Below are positions 1 to 11,603 of a DNA stretch of 64,000 bases, piece by piece. The stretch is taken from assembly GCA_963804955.1 (NCBI GenBank), contig CAWDSQ010000022.1, positions 93,231 to 157,230 on the forward strand. Direction: 5' to 3'. The first letter of the stretch is position 1, and each line of letters begins with the position of its first letter. Position numbers and translations under genes: made by a program. The notes beneath the pieces are model-generated. The model made no database searches. It saw only the letters and a list, made by a program, of their open reading frames with translations, and was not told where the DNA came from. The DNA is from an uncultured delta proteobacterium (GTDB lineage Bacteria > Desulfobacterota > WTBG01 > CAIYCZ01 > CAIRTM01).

Positions 1-245
1 GTGTTGAGGTGTGCCCCGCCAGGTGCATTGCCATGAAGGATGTTGAAGATGCCAAGACCTATTATTGGGCTGAGTCTGAGACGGTAGGGCCGGCACGGGT
101 TGTGTACAACTGGAATGCGCGGGTTGCGTGGAAGAAGTGCTCGAAGTGCGGAAACGCTTTTCCTCCGCCGTCGGTACTGCCGTACCTGGACAAGGGCGAA
201 GCCCTGCCGAAGAAATTTTTTGATATCTGCCAGAAGTGTAAGTAA
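1..245 (+). CDS. C-terminal part of a 4Fe-4S-cluster-containing protein (truncated at window start)
   Basis: Cys-rich 'VCPARCI...CSKCG...ICQKCK'; lies upstream of a ferredoxin. Confidence 0.5.
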   Translation, partial: VEVCPARCIAMKDVEDAKTYYWAESETVGPARVVYNWNARVAWKKCSKCGNAFPPPSVLPYLDKGEALPKKFFDICQKCK

Positions 246-286
246 AAAACATCCATAACCTGCAACCGTGCAGAGGAGGACAAGCA

Positions 287-466
287 TTGATAAAGATAGA
301 TAAAGAGAAATGCTCCGGGTGCTGCGGGTGCGTTGATCACTGCCCGGTGGCAGCAATTAATGTAATCGATGATGTGGTGGTTGTGGATAATGATCTGTGC
401 ATGGAATGCCTTATCTGCACGAAGGTCTGTCCGTTGCGGGCGCCGCAGGAGACGGTGGAGGCATAA
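287..466 (+). CDS. 2[4Fe-4S] ferredoxin, 59 aa (not in ORF track)
   Basis: TTG start after GAGGAGG; translation MIKIDKEKCSGCCGCVDHCP...CMECLICTKVCP has two CxxCxxCxxxCP motifs. Confidence 0.9.
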   Translation: MIKIDKEKCSGCCGCVDHCPVAAINVIDDVVVVDNDLCMECLICTKVCPLRAPQETVEA

Positions 467-503
467 ACAGCAAACAGGAACACATATACCATAAGGGAGT
501 ACA

Positions 504-1833
504 ATGGCAGAATTATATGATGTGATAATTGTAGGAGCCGGTCCAGCGGGAGCCATGGCTGCAAAGATCGCCGGGGAGAACGGTCTGAAGGCCGCCATAA
601 TCGAGCGCAAGACCGATATCAGCGCGATCCGCAGGATCTGTACCATGATCGTGAATGTAGATGAGGAGAACGTGGGAGATATCCTCACGTACAGCCACAA
701 GACAAAACGGTTTATATTTCCGCACAATGGCTTTTCCTTTAAATATGACGGGCCCACGCGCAACGTGTACGGGTTTCATATAATAACCCCCGGGGGCCTG
801 CAGGTTGAGATGGGCAATATTGCCCGTGGGAAGGCTGAGGGAAATGTTGTGGGTCTGATGATCCACAAGGGGCATATGTGCCAGGGGCTGGTGAATGAAG
901 CACAGCAGTACGGCGTTGAAGTGTTTACCAACAGCAATATCAACAGCGTGAGGAAAGAGGCCGGGTATGTGGCGCTGCTGGACAACCGGGGCAATGAGTA
1001 CCGGGGTAAATTCGTTATAGCGGCGGACGGGGTAAATTCACGGATTGCGCGGCTGCTGGGGCTGGACAAGGAGCGGGTGTTCATCGGGACGTACCTGGAT
1101 ATGGCGCGGACCTATGAAGGCTATGAGATTCCCGATGAAGAAAGACTGATGTTTGGCCTGGGGTGGCCAACGGGCATATCGCTGGCGCCGGAAATGACCC
1201 CGGGTCATCTGCATGTGGCGGCGACGAGCTATAATTACGAAAACGATCTTGACGCGCAGATAGAGAAATTTGTAACCACGGGCACGTATGCCAAGTGGTT
1301 TAAGAAGGCGCGGGAGGTTGGGCACCGGACAAGCTGCGTGTCAAATATTGCAACCCCCATTATTATGCCGTTTAAGGATAATGTGCTGGTGGCGGGGGAC
1401 TCGTCGTGGATGCAGGAGACGGGGATCAACGGAGCGCTTATGCCGGGATGGAGCGCAGCCAATGCGGTAACCGAGGCGATTTTGAAGAATGAAATCAATA
1501 AAAACGGAATAGCGAGCTATCTGGCCTGGTATGACAAGTTCTGGTACCAGCCCTTCGGGAAACGGATGGCAAGCAGCGGTGGCGCGGACATGAAGGATTA
1601 TCTGTCAGGGGAGGATATTGACTATCTGGCGGGTCTTGTTGAGGAGCCGATGCCGGCCACCATGAACTTTTTTACAATTATGAAGCAGATCGGGACGACG
1701 TTTGCAGCACTTGCTGCCGCGGATACAGGATGAGCGGCCCGACATCATGCAGAAGCTGCTGGGGTACCGGTCGCATCCGCGGGCGCTGGCCCTGGCAAAA
1801 CGCCGCAACGAAGGCTGCGCTATCGTGGCTTAA
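504..1833 (+). CDS. FAD-dependent oxidoreductase, geranylgeranyl reductase/FixC family (indel near 1710)
   Basis: YDVIIVGAGPAG, IAADG, LVAGD motifs; reading continues in another frame to TAA at 1831-1833. Confidence 0.8.
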
Positions 1834-1904
1834 GCTCGCTAAAATTCAATAGTAACAGAGCAGTGCAGGCACAACACAGTATGTTACGCAGGGAGAGTTT
1901 TGAA

Positions 1905-2874
1905 ATGGCAAATCAGCTGTATGCAGACATAGCAAAACATACGCAGGGAAAGCATATTATGCTGGTAGGTTCTTCCGGTAATATCGGCGGGAAAGCCCTT
2001 TCAATACTTTTGCAATACGGGAAAGCCGCATCAATCACCGCCTTTGATAAAAGAGCGCCGAAAATAAAGGAACTTCCCGAATCGGTTAAAGTATGCAGCG
2101 GAGATCAGGGTGATATTACCAGTGCTGATGCGGTTGAAGCGGCGATGCAGGGCAATACGGTGGTCGTCTGCGCCATAGGCGTCCCCCGTTATTTAGCGCC
2201 GGGTGAGAAAAAGCTGACCCCTGATGAAATAGAGCGGCAGGGCATGCTGCATATTGTTGATGCGGCAAAAAAGACAGGGGTGCATCAGATTGTCTATATA
2301 AGCGCCCTGGGGGTTGCCCGGGGCGATAAGATTCCTGCATTTCATCTGGCGCACACAGCTAAAAGGCAGGCTGAGGATATGCTGAAAAAGTCTGGAATCG
2401 CCTATACGATTCTTCGGCCGTCAGGATATTATTTTGACTTTCGCGAGCTGCTGGCAGCGGCGGTTGCCGGAAGATATCATGTGGTTGATGAAGGTCTGGC
2501 GCGCGTTCAGCCGATTCATCATGAGGATATGGCCGATATTCTTATCGCATCAATCAACAACAAAAAAGTGGAGAAACAAGGTCATTGCCGTGGGCGGCCC
2601 TGAAATATTCTCCTATGCTGAGCTGGGTAAGGTGTTCGGTAGCGTGCTGCAGACCGAGGTTAATGTAATTCATTTAGCGCCTGAAAAGTACAAAAAAGAA
2701 TATTTTAACAGTGATCTTATCCTGTTCAGAGCCACTTCGGATAGTATTCTGACCAAAGAAGAACTGAGCGCCCTGCTTGGCATATATCCGGGCCTTGAGC
2801 TTAAAAGACTGGAGGATTATCTCAATAATCCGAATGATCCTATGCTGAAGTCGTTTTTAAAAAAAACCACCTGA
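1905..2874 (+). CDS. NAD(P)-binding atypical SDR/NmrA-like protein (indel near 2575)
   Basis: GSSGNIG Rossmann motif, YISALG, YTILRP, VGGPE in the second frame. Confidence 0.8.
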
Positions 2875-2927
2875 ATAAGATGATGCTCAGTCACGCGCGA
2901 GTGACCCTGAGAAAGGAGTCTTCATTC

Positions 2928-3377
2928 ATGACAGTTTCAACTCTTACCGTTATGATTCTAGCGGCCTTTGTATGGTACTCCGGAGGGATTGCGCTGGTGC
3001 TCAAGGGCCTCTCGCTGGCCAGAAGCGCCTACGCGATCGATCCTGCCTCCCTCTGGTCGTACGGGGCTCCGCTGCTCGGCATAGCAATCGGGCTTGTCAA
3101 GGCCAGGTTTATTTTCAATCATGCCTGCAAAAAAAACATACTCCGGATAGGAAAGCTTGAAGCTCCTAAGCTCTGGCAGTGCTTCAGGCCCGGCATGCTC
3201 ATATTTCTTGCAATCATTATTCCGACAGGGGCCTGGATGTCGCGTGCCGCTGCAGGCAAGTTTTTCTATCTTTGCCTTGTTTGCGGCCTGGATTTTTCAA
3301 TAGCCACGGCCCTGCTTGTTTCAAGCATGATGTTCTGGAGGCTGAAGGCTTTTTCCGGAGTGACCGTAGCTGAATAA
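2928..3377 (+). CDS. Hypothetical membrane protein (~4 TM)
   Basis: AAGGAG RBS; hydrophobic segments. Confidence 0.65.
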   Translation: MTVSTLTVMILAAFVWYSGGIALVLKGLSLARSAYAIDPASLWSYGAPLLGIAIGLVKARFIFNHACKKNILRIGKLEAPKLWQCFRPGMLIFLAIIIPTGAWMSRAAAGKFFYLCLVCGLDFSIATALLVSSMMFWRLKAFSGVTVAE

Positions 3378-3391
3378 TTCTTTTCGCCCGG

Positions 3392-6300
3392 CTATGCGGC
3401 CTTCTTAAGCAGCACCCTGCGGATTGTTTCCGCAATGGAAAGCCTGTTTATGGGCTTGATCACAAAGGCTTGTATGCCCCCTGCAATAGCCGACTCTGCC
3501 GTCACAAGATCGCTGTAGCCTGTGCACAGGATGACCGGGATGTCCGTGCGTATCTCCATCAGCCGCTGCGCCAGCTCATAGCCCGTAAGCTGCGGCATGG
3601 TCTGGTCCGTGATAACAAAATCAAAAGCAGCAGGATTCTTTTTGAACAACTCAAGGGCCTCCACCGCGCTTCCTATCGCCGTCACGCGGTAGCCAAGGGA
3701 GCCCAGTAGCTTTTCTCCTACATCCAGAAGCACCGCCTCGTCATCCACCAGCAGCACTGATTCGCTGCCCTGCGGCGCTTCCCGCTCAACAGCGTGCCCC
3801 ACAACGTTCTCGGCCTCAGCCCGCGGCAGCACGATATGGAAAACAGCCCCCTTGCCCGGCTCGCTGTATACCTTAATATCCCCCTTGCAGCTTTTTACAA
3901 TGCCATGCACCACGGCAAGCCCCATGCCCGTGCCTTTGCCGACCTCCTTGGTTGTGAAGAACGGTTCGAAGATGCGGCCGATGATATCCCGGGGAATGCC
4001 CATGCCGGTATCCTTGACGCTCAGCTGCACATACGGCCCCGGCTTTATGCCGGTATAGAAACCGGCAGCGCCCGCATCCAGATCAACGGGCTTTAATGTC
4101 AACTCGATGATGCCCCCGGTTGATTTCATGGCATAGGCGGCATTGGTGCACAGGTTCATGACGATCTGGTAAATTTCGGTGGCATCGGCCACAACGACAT
4201 CATCCTTTTGATCTATGTCAGAGCGCATGGAGATGGTTGAAGGCAGCGAGGCCCGCAGCAGCTTAAGCGCTTCAGCGATGATACTGTTCATGTGCAGCGG
4301 TTTGACTTCGCCCTTGGTTTTGCGGCTGAAGGCAAGGATCTGGCGCACAAGGGCCTTGGCACGCTCGACGGACTTTAATACCTGCGTGAGGTTTTTCTCC
4401 AGAACCATGTTGCCCTTCGCCAGATCTCGTGAAAGCTCCGTATACCCCATGATAACAGCCAGAATATTGTTAAAATCATGGGCTATGCCGCCGGCAAGCG
4501 TACCGATGGCCTCCATCTTCTGCGACTGCCGCAGCTGCTCCTCGGATCTCTTCCGGTCGGTTATATCCCTGGTGGATGAAACACTTCCGAAAACGGTGCC
4601 ATCCGGATTTTTCAGCGCCACATGACTGACTTCGGTCTGTATCATCCGACCGTCTTTGTGCAGCCTCTCACACACAAAATTCCGTACGATACCCGCTTCA
4701 AACAGCTCCTCGATCATCCGCATTGTCTTTTGGAGTTCCTGCTCATCATCCGGGTGGAAAATAGATGCGTGCTGCCCGATAATTTCTTCGGGACGATAGC
4801 CATACACATCGTCTATTGAATCGTTTGCCATGACAATATAACCGGCATCATCGGCAACAGTAATGGCGTCGGGCGAGGCTTTGAAAATATTTTCAAGATA
4901 ATCGCGCGACTGCTGGAGCCGCTCCTCCAGTAACTTCCGGTCGGTTATATCCCGGCTGGATGAAATGCTACCGGCAGGAGAACCATCATGGTTTTTCAGC
5001 AGTACATGACTGGCTTCGGTCTGGATACTCCTCCCGTCTTTGCGCTTCTGTTCAACAACATAATTCCTTATGATGCCTGTTTCAAACAGCTCCTCAAGCA
5101 TCCGCATTGATCGCTGTACAGCATTTTCATCCTCTGTGGCCAAAAGCGACACATGTTGCCCGATGATTTCTTCGGGAGCATAGCCATACACATCGGAAAA
5201 AGAATCGTTTGCCATGACAATATACCCGGCGTCATCGGTAACAAAAATAGCCTCGGGAGAGGCTCTGAAAATATTTTCAAGGTAATCGCGCGACTGCCGT
5301 AGCCGCTCCTCAAGTTGTATCCGGTCGGTAACATCCCTGCTGGATGAAATGCTGCCGGCCGTGGAGCCGTCCGGGTTTTTCAGCAGCACGACACTGGATT
5401 CGGTTTGTATAATCCTCCCGTCTTTGCGCTTGCGCATATTCACAAAGTTCCGGACGATGCCTGTTTTAAACAGCTCCTCAACCATCTGTATTGCCCCCTG
5501 CATCGCCCGCTCATCATCTGCCGGAAAAAGAGATGCATGCTGCCCGATGATTTCTTCGGGAGTATAGCCGTACACATCAAAAACCGATTCGTTGGCCATA
5601 ACAACATAGCCGTCGGCATTGGTAACAAGAAACGCGTCGGGGGAGACCCTGAAAATATTCTCCAGGTAATCTCGCGACTGATGCAGCTCCTGCTCAAATC
5701 TCTGTCTGTCGGTTATGTCCCGTGTGGCTGAAACACTGCCGGCAAATGAGCCGTCGGGATTTTTCAGCAGAACCTGGCTGGCTTCGACCTGTATAATCCG
5801 CCCGTCTTTGTGCTTCCGCTCAATCACATAATTCCGTATGATGCCCTTTTCAAAAAGCTCATTAAGCATGGCGTATGACTTTTGCCGTGTTTGCTCATCA
5901 TCAGGGGCCAGGATAGATCCATGCTTCCCGACGAGCTCTTCGGGCCGATAGCCATAGACATCGTAGACCGACTGGTTTGCCATGACAAAACTTCCGGCCG
6001 CGTCGCCGACAAGAATGGCGTCGGGGGAAACCCGGAAAAGAGTCTCCAGATAATCGCGAGACTGCCGGATGTCGCTCTCGGCCTGCTTACGCTGGCTGAT
6101 ATCGCGTATTATGGCGGTATAAAACAGCTCGTCGTCTATTTTCCAAGAAAAAAACGGGAACTCGATGGGAAATTCCGTGCCGTTTTTTCGTACCCCAATG
6201 GATTCGAAAGTCGCGCAGAGAACGCCACCCTTCGCCCGCCCGCATATAGGCAGCTCTGTTTGTCGCCTCGCTTTCGCGCACGTGCGGAGCCAGAAGAATG

Positions 6301-6879
6301 CTGCTGTGCTGCCCCACCACGTCCTGCTGCCCGCAGGCGAACATGCTTTCGGTGGCTCTGTTGCAGTAGGTTATTATCCCGCTGCTGTCGGTTATGATAA
6401 TCGCATCCGGCGAGTTTTCCGCTATCGCCTGAAAGCGCCCTTCGCTTGCCCGCAGCGTGTGATCCGCATGCGTAAGCTCCAGGGTCCGGAGCTGCTGCAG
6501 TTCGGTTTCAAGCACCTTGCGTACTTCAAGCTCATCCTGTATGCGCTGGTAGTAATCGTGCAGCTTGCCCACAACAGCGCCGACAAAAATTTCTATCAGT
6601 GTTCCCGCAACGCCAACGCCGCTCGACATAAAACTTGTCAACCCAGTCAAGCCCCATGAGCAGGCACAAACCGATTGTGACGGGCACACTCAGCAATCCT
6701 GCCCATATGCCCGCCCAGAATCCGTACACCCATGCTATGACAACAATGGGAATGATAGAGGCAATAGCCATGCCTTTGCCCAGGCTGTAGGTGATAACCA
6801 CAAAAAGCGCCAGATATATGACAACTGACAATAAAGCCAGGCCCAGGCGGCGGTCAAAAATTATCTTCGGTACTGCCAT
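3392..6879 (-). CDS. Membrane-bound multi-PAS hybrid sensor histidine kinase with receiver domain (split by indels)
   Basis: ORFs 6532-6879 (TM), 6087-6689 (PAS) and 3392-5983 (PAS repeats, AHDFNN H-box, GTGMGL G-box, VLLVDDE receiver). Confidence 0.9.
4535..6070 (-). repeat. Four tandem 384-nt PAS-PAC coding repeats
   Basis: 'QSRDYLE' marker recurs at 4900, 5284, 5668 and 6052 (exact 384-nt period). Confidence 0.9.
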
Positions 6880-7070
6880 GCGCTCTCCCTGACAAGCAGC
6901 TTTGCTGAAAAAATTTGTATTTTACTATATATATATTCAAAAATTATAAATTTCAACCTTCGAACTTTGACGAAAGCATCTCCTTTATTGATTCTCAAGA
7001 CCCCGAGGCCACTTTTTCCATGGCCGGTTTTGTATTTTTTTGCTTTGAGCGGCAACAGGGCAGCACAAAC

Positions 7071-7110
7071 AAAAAAGGCACCTAAGCCGCTTCAGCCTAA
7101 GTGCCTTTAT
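7071..7110 (-). terminator. Intrinsic terminator following the duplicated tRNA 3' end
   Basis: Minus strand AAAGGCACTTAGGC...GCTTAGGTGCCTTTTTT hairpin with U-tract. Confidence 0.65.
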
Positions 7111-7115
7111 TATCT

Positions 7116-7155
7116 TATGGATCGCCGGGGACTCGAACCCCAAACCTACTGATTA
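7116..7155 (-). repeat. att core: 40-bp exact copy of the tRNA-Lys 3' half
   Basis: TATGGATCGCCGGGGACTCGAACCCCAAACCTACTGATTA is identical to 21220-21259. Confidence 0.95.
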
Positions 7156-7673
7156 CGTATCACCGTTTTGCCCTCAATACGAGACTCAATTTATAGCATG
7201 TGAGGTTTGGTAATCTGGAAATTTTGGGATTTTTATTTGTCCAACCTAAAAGCCGTAATGTGGAGTTTTTGGTTGGCGGTAAATATAACAAGATATTATT
7301 ATAAATAGCATTCAGAGACAGGAGTCACAGACTTTTTTTACTGTAAAACCTGTATTATCTGCGATTGCTGCTGTAGGGTCTGATTCAATCCTTTTGTATA
7401 AGTGAGGGATGTCCAGAGAGGAGAAGGGGGGGGCAAAACCCCTCTGGACGCGGTGACCCTCACGTACCTTATTTTTAAATATCATTTTTCTAGAATGACC
7501 ACTACTGCCTTCCGTTATCGGTTGGTACCGCCACTCCTCTATGCACGTGTTGCCTATGGCAGTCAATTTGTTTCTGCTGGATGTTTTTGAAAATACTCTC
7601 TATTTTTTGATTTTCATTCAAACGGGACTGGCATCCTTTCTTCGATGCCGGTTCTGCCTCGCTGCTGCGGCAT

Positions 7674-9494
7674 TTACAGCGACTTCAGTTTTGTCATCAC
7701 CGTTTCCACGATGCTGTCTTTGAAAAGGGTATACGCCTCCTGTATCAGTGGGGATTGCCCCTCTTTTTCATACCTGCCCAGCAGCGAGCCTGTTATGATG
7801 ATCCGGGCACCCCGAAAGTCAAAATCGCTTCTGTAGTTGTGCGCTATCTCATGGCCTCCATGGAACTCGTGCTCGTCAATGCCGTCGACCTCAAATGCCC
7901 AGTGCCGCAGATGCTCAAAAAGATCTATCGTTTCATTGGTAAAATAGTAGGGCTGAAAGATGATGACGTCAAAGCCGCGGTGCAGGTAGTCGACCATGCA
8001 CTCCATCGAGGACACATGCCAGGAATCGGGATGATTGTTGAACTCGTTCATCCCGAAGCAGAACTCGGTAACCCCGGCCCTGAGCTTCGGAAGGTCCCGC
8101 TCATACACGAGGCGCATATTCTGCCGTACTCGCGCCATGTTCAGGTCGATAACATCGTCCTCCTCGTTGCCCGGCGGGAAGCCGTGCTCGCCCAGGATGA
8201 TGCCCACCTTTGCCGTGTCAGGAATGCCGCAGGACTGGATCTCGTGTTGAGTAATCCTGAAGGCCGCTTCGGCAAAGGCGGGATTGGTTCCCATTAGGTC
8301 CCCCTGCGTCGTGTAGAGGATTGACAGCGGCAGCCGCTTGCCGGTTTCCTGCTCTGCCAGATCAATGGCCTCCTGCGCGTCTTCCCACATGCCCTTGGTA
8401 TCTTCAAAATCGTTAAGGTCTGATATGAAATCGCAGAGGATCACTCCCGTAATGTTGTTTTCTGCAATTTGCTTCTTGATGATTTCCTTAAGGTGCGAGG
8501 GCTTTTCCCCCACGAGCAGGGAATGTACCTCCCAGGGAAGCTGCGCGCCATGCTGCTTCAGGCCGTCCATGATATCGTTGAAAATAATCCGGGTCTGGTC
8601 CCATGCCCGCATGCCGCCCAGAGGCTCAAAATGCCAGTAGTTGCTGATTATATGGGTGGCAAAAACTTCATAAATATCGGGTATGTCATTGGGCAGCCCC
8701 ATCTCCGGGATATGATATCCGCGCAGCACCGTACCGAGCTTGGTCTTGGTTTTTTCCATCCACAGGGTGGCATCGATCATCTCGGAATAGGTTTTGCCGT
8801 CGCAGCCCGGGCCGGTTTCGTGGCCCTGGACGTCGACAAGCTTGTTGGGTGTATATTCTTCAAGACCCTTGTGAAGCTGCGTCGGGTCGATGAGGGCGGT
8901 CAGCATGTCCACTTCTTTTAAAAAATCGGGGATATACCCGTAGTGCATCAAATGGTTCATAATGTTTTTTGAAAACGTAAACGCGGCATCGAACATGGCC
9001 GGCGTCCACTCGCCCCGGGTATTTTCAATCTTGGGCTCAAAAACACCGGCAAAGAGGAGAAGGGGCTTTGAGGTGTCAAATGTCCCGTTTTCAGCGATCA
9101 CATTGGTATAGAAGGACGCCAGCACCGCGTCGTCCTGGCCCTCACTGGTGCCGATGGCCTTTGCGGCTATTTTTATGAGCCGTTGGCTGGCATGGGATGT
9201 GTCAAACTGCACAACGCACGGGGGGGTGTCAAATTCAAACTGTCTGCCGTCAATGGTCAAGACGATCTTCTTCAGGTTCTTTTCCAGGTCTTCATTACCC
9301 TCCCGTATGCGCAGCTCAACTTCCATCATCCCGCTTACCCGTGAAGCGCTTACCGGCTTTACCAGTTGCAGAGGGTTGGGCTTCCAAATGATCAGGGGCG
9401 CTATGACGCCGGGGTGTTTTCCAATGATTTCGGGGATCCGCGAAGTCTGGGTATTGTAGCTTTCGCTGGCGACATTGACTTTTCTTTCGTACAT
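7674..9494 (-). CDS. Large protein with C-terminal ferrochelatase-like (class II chelatase) region
   Basis: 'IILGEHGFPP' and 'GFDVIIFQPYYFTNETIDLFEHL' resemble HemH S(A)HG(L)P and P..F..D..ETL.E motifs; AGGAG RBS. Confidence 0.55.
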   Translation of the reverse strand: MYERKVNVASESYNTQTSRIPEIIGKHPGVIAPLIIWKPNPLQLVKPVSASRVSGMMEVELRIREGNEDLEKNLKKIVLTIDGRQFEFDTPPCVVQFDTSHASQRLIKIAAKAIGTSEGQDDAVLASFYTNVIAENGTFDTSKPLLLFAGVFEPKIENTRGEWTPAMFDAAFTFSKNIMNHLMHYGYIPDFLKEVDMLTALIDPTQLHKGLEEYTPNKLVDVQGHETGPGCDGKTYSEMIDATLWMEKTKTKLGTVLRGYHIPEMGLPNDIPDIYEVFATHIISNYWHFEPLGGMRAWDQTRIIFNDIMDGLKQHGAQLPWEVHSLLVGEKPSHLKEIIKKQIAENNITGVILCDFISDLNDFEDTKGMWEDAQEAIDLAEQETGKRLPLSILYTTQGDLMGTNPAFAEAAFRITQHEIQSCGIPDTAKVGIILGEHGFPPGNEEDDVIDLNMARVRQNMRLVYERDLPKLRAGVTEFCFGMNEFNNHPDSWHVSSMECMVDYLHRGFDVIIFQPYYFTNETIDLFEHLRHWAFEVDGIDEHEFHGGHEIAHNYRSDFDFRGARIIITGSLLGRYEKEGQSPLIQEAYTLFKDSIVETVMTKLKSL

Positions 9495-9582
9495 AAGCAG
9501 CTCCTCAAACTTGGGTTAATGGTTTAAAAACAGCCCCCTGCATTCAAAAAAGCACAGCCCGTGACGACCTGCATGCAACGGC

Positions 9583-9807
9583 CTATGCCGCCGTCGGCTC
9601 CTTGACAAGCGTCACATCGAACTTGCCCAGAGATTGCACCTTGCGCAGCTTATAGCCGTTGACAAGCATGGCATAAAAAGCGAACCGGTTCTTCTTCGGC
9701 CGCGTAATCATCCCCAGGGCGAGCTTGTCATCGCATACATGGATTTCATCGGCTTTCTGCACTATCGCCCGTATAAGGTCCTGTTTTGTTTTTACTTGCG
9801 TTATCAT
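9583..9807 (-). CDS. Small hypothetical protein
   Basis: AAGGAG RBS; operon-like spacing between neighbours. Confidence 0.6.
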   Translation of the reverse strand: MITQVKTKQDLIRAIVQKADEIHVCDDKLALGMITRPKKNRFAFYAMLVNGYKLRKVQSLGKFDVTLVKEPTAA

Positions 9808-9819
9808 AGGCTTTCTCCT

Positions 9820-10554
9820 TTATTTCATAAAGGTGCTGTCTGAAGAGTCTGACAGGGGATTGTGCGGCAGCCCTCGCAGCGCGAGCTGTCCGGCCAGCAC
9901 ATCTGCAAACCCGTTTGCGGCAGTCGCAATGTCCTCAGGGGTTTTTTCCTGTGTCGCTACATGGTGATGCGCTATGACACGGGCGCCTGCGTTGACAACA
10001 ATCTGCTGCATCCCTGTTTTTTTGCCCCGAATGTAGTCCCTGAAGAAACGCTTCAAATACGGGGCATCTTCACCATACTGTGAATACTTGTTAACCTCGG
10101 TATTGCCGGTTGTGACAACCGCGACGCTTTTTCCGTTAAACCCTCCCTGGCGTATCAGCGTGCGGATGGGAACGCTCAGCTTCCAGTTCCAAATGGGGGA
10201 GACGAGAATGATAGCGTCATGGCCGGCGAGATCGGGGCGGGCAGGTTCAATAACGGTGCCCCTGTCGAAAAAGGAATCAAATCCGGCACTCATATACCCG
10301 AGAGTGCCTGACCGGTCCCTGGCATCTTTGATTTCAAGGACGTCGGCATCGATATGTTTTCTGATCGTATCGACAATAAGCCGGCAGTGGCCCGTGCGGG
10401 AATAATAGATAATCAGGGGTTTGTCCGGGCCGGCCGGTTCCGCTGCCAGGCCGGCAGGACAGAATATGCTGCAAATCAGAAGCAAAGCGCCGCATAAGCC
10501 GACAGCCTTTGCCGCAGCGCAAAAAACAGTTGTGTATGGTACCGTATGCTTCAT
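9820..10554 (-). CDS. Exported flavodoxin-like protein
   Basis: Signal-peptide-like N-terminus; LIIYYSRTG FMN loop; DAIILVSPIW. Confidence 0.8.
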   Translation of the reverse strand: MKHTVPYTTVFCAAAKAVGLCGALLLICSIFCPAGLAAEPAGPDKPLIIYYSRTGHCRLIVDTIRKHIDADVLEIKDARDRSGTLGYMSAGFDSFFDRGTVIEPARPDLAGHDAIILVSPIWNWKLSVPIRTLIRQGGFNGKSVAVVTTGNTEVNKYSQYGEDAPYLKRFFRDYIRGKKTGMQQIVVNAGARVIAHHHVATQEKTPEDIATAANGFADVLAGQLALRGLPHNPLSDSSDSTFMK

Positions 10555-10724
10555 TGCTGTGCCCTCCTTGTATATGTCTGCGGAGTGCGGGAGTCATCAT
10601 GCTGATGGCTTTGTCCGCGAGTTTTATCCCTGCATGCAGGGCCCGCAGTGCGCACCGTTCATGCTGTGCGCAGCAGATGTCTCAAATAATATGTAGGGAA
10701 ACAACAGCTTTCAGGAGGGCGCTA

Positions 10725-11048
10725 TCATAGCTGAAGTTTGATGTTTGCAAGCGGGGGGGCTTTAATTATTTTGGGCTCTTCGTAGACACGGCACAGCAGG
10801 TGTGCTGATTCCGCGGCGACAGTATTTCCGCTGATAGCAAGCTCTGCCATGGTATGGGGCATTTTGTCATGTGCATCCCTGTGGTTTTTCTGGTCCAGGC
10901 TTATTATTCTGCTGCTGATCGCGCTGTACTCAAAGACTCCTGCAGTCACCTCATAAGAATGAGGGCACATGGTGAGATACACCAAACCTATTACCAGAAG
11001 CCATCCGTGGTGTTTTGAATGCAGTTGCATGCGATGTATGACCATCAC
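10725..11048 (-). CDS. Hypothetical protein
   Basis: ORF with an N-terminal hydrophobic stretch; no recognised motif. Confidence 0.3.
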   Translation of the reverse strand: MMVIHRMQLHSKHHGWLLVIGLVYLTMCPHSYEVTAGVFEYSAISSRIISLDQKNHRDAHDKMPHTMAELAISGNTVAAESAHLLCRVYEEPKIIKAPPLANIKLQL

Positions 11049-11369
11049 GTATTATTTGATATTCTAACTAAATTATAAACGTTCCTTTTTTCTTGTCAAG
11101 AGACTTTTAAAAAAGTGGGCCGAATTTTGAAATATATCGACTGCAACATACCATACATACTTAAATCATGTTGTTTCTCACCAACCAGGTCGGCTAGCTG
11201 CAGTAACGCAAGAAACTTTCACTTTTGCGTGCCAGTTTTTGAATTATGCTCATTAAAAGTTTAACATTACCACCAATTACGCAAGTTAAGGCCTGCTTTA
11301 TCTTTACGGCATTAACTTGTATTTTATCGAATTTTGCAAGAAGCACACAATCAATATTGTCCAAAATAC

Positions 11370-11537
11370 GAGATCGCCGCGCTTCGCTCGCGGGCAACTG
11401 ACCCCGTGCTGCGCTTCGGGTTTGGTCCTGCAAAGAACTTGTTGCCTCAAAAGCCCTGCATCCGTCAATGACACTCTATCAGGCTTTTTACCCAATGAAA
11501 GTTCCTTAGGAGGAGCCTTGGCGACGAAGCAATCTCA
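11370..11537. repeat. Degenerate pair of REP-like palindromes
   Basis: GAGATCGCCGCGCTTCGCTCGC and GAGGAGCCTTGGCGACGAAGCAATCTC, in inverted orientation. Confidence 0.45.
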
Positions 11538-11603
11538 GCTGAAAAACAAAAGTAAAAACAGCTTCAAAAACCCTAATTTGAATAGAAATGGCACACATTC
11601 GTA

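Noticed and set aside
7116..7155. Second tRNA gene
   Set aside because: Only the 3' half is present; no D-arm or 5' acceptor strand
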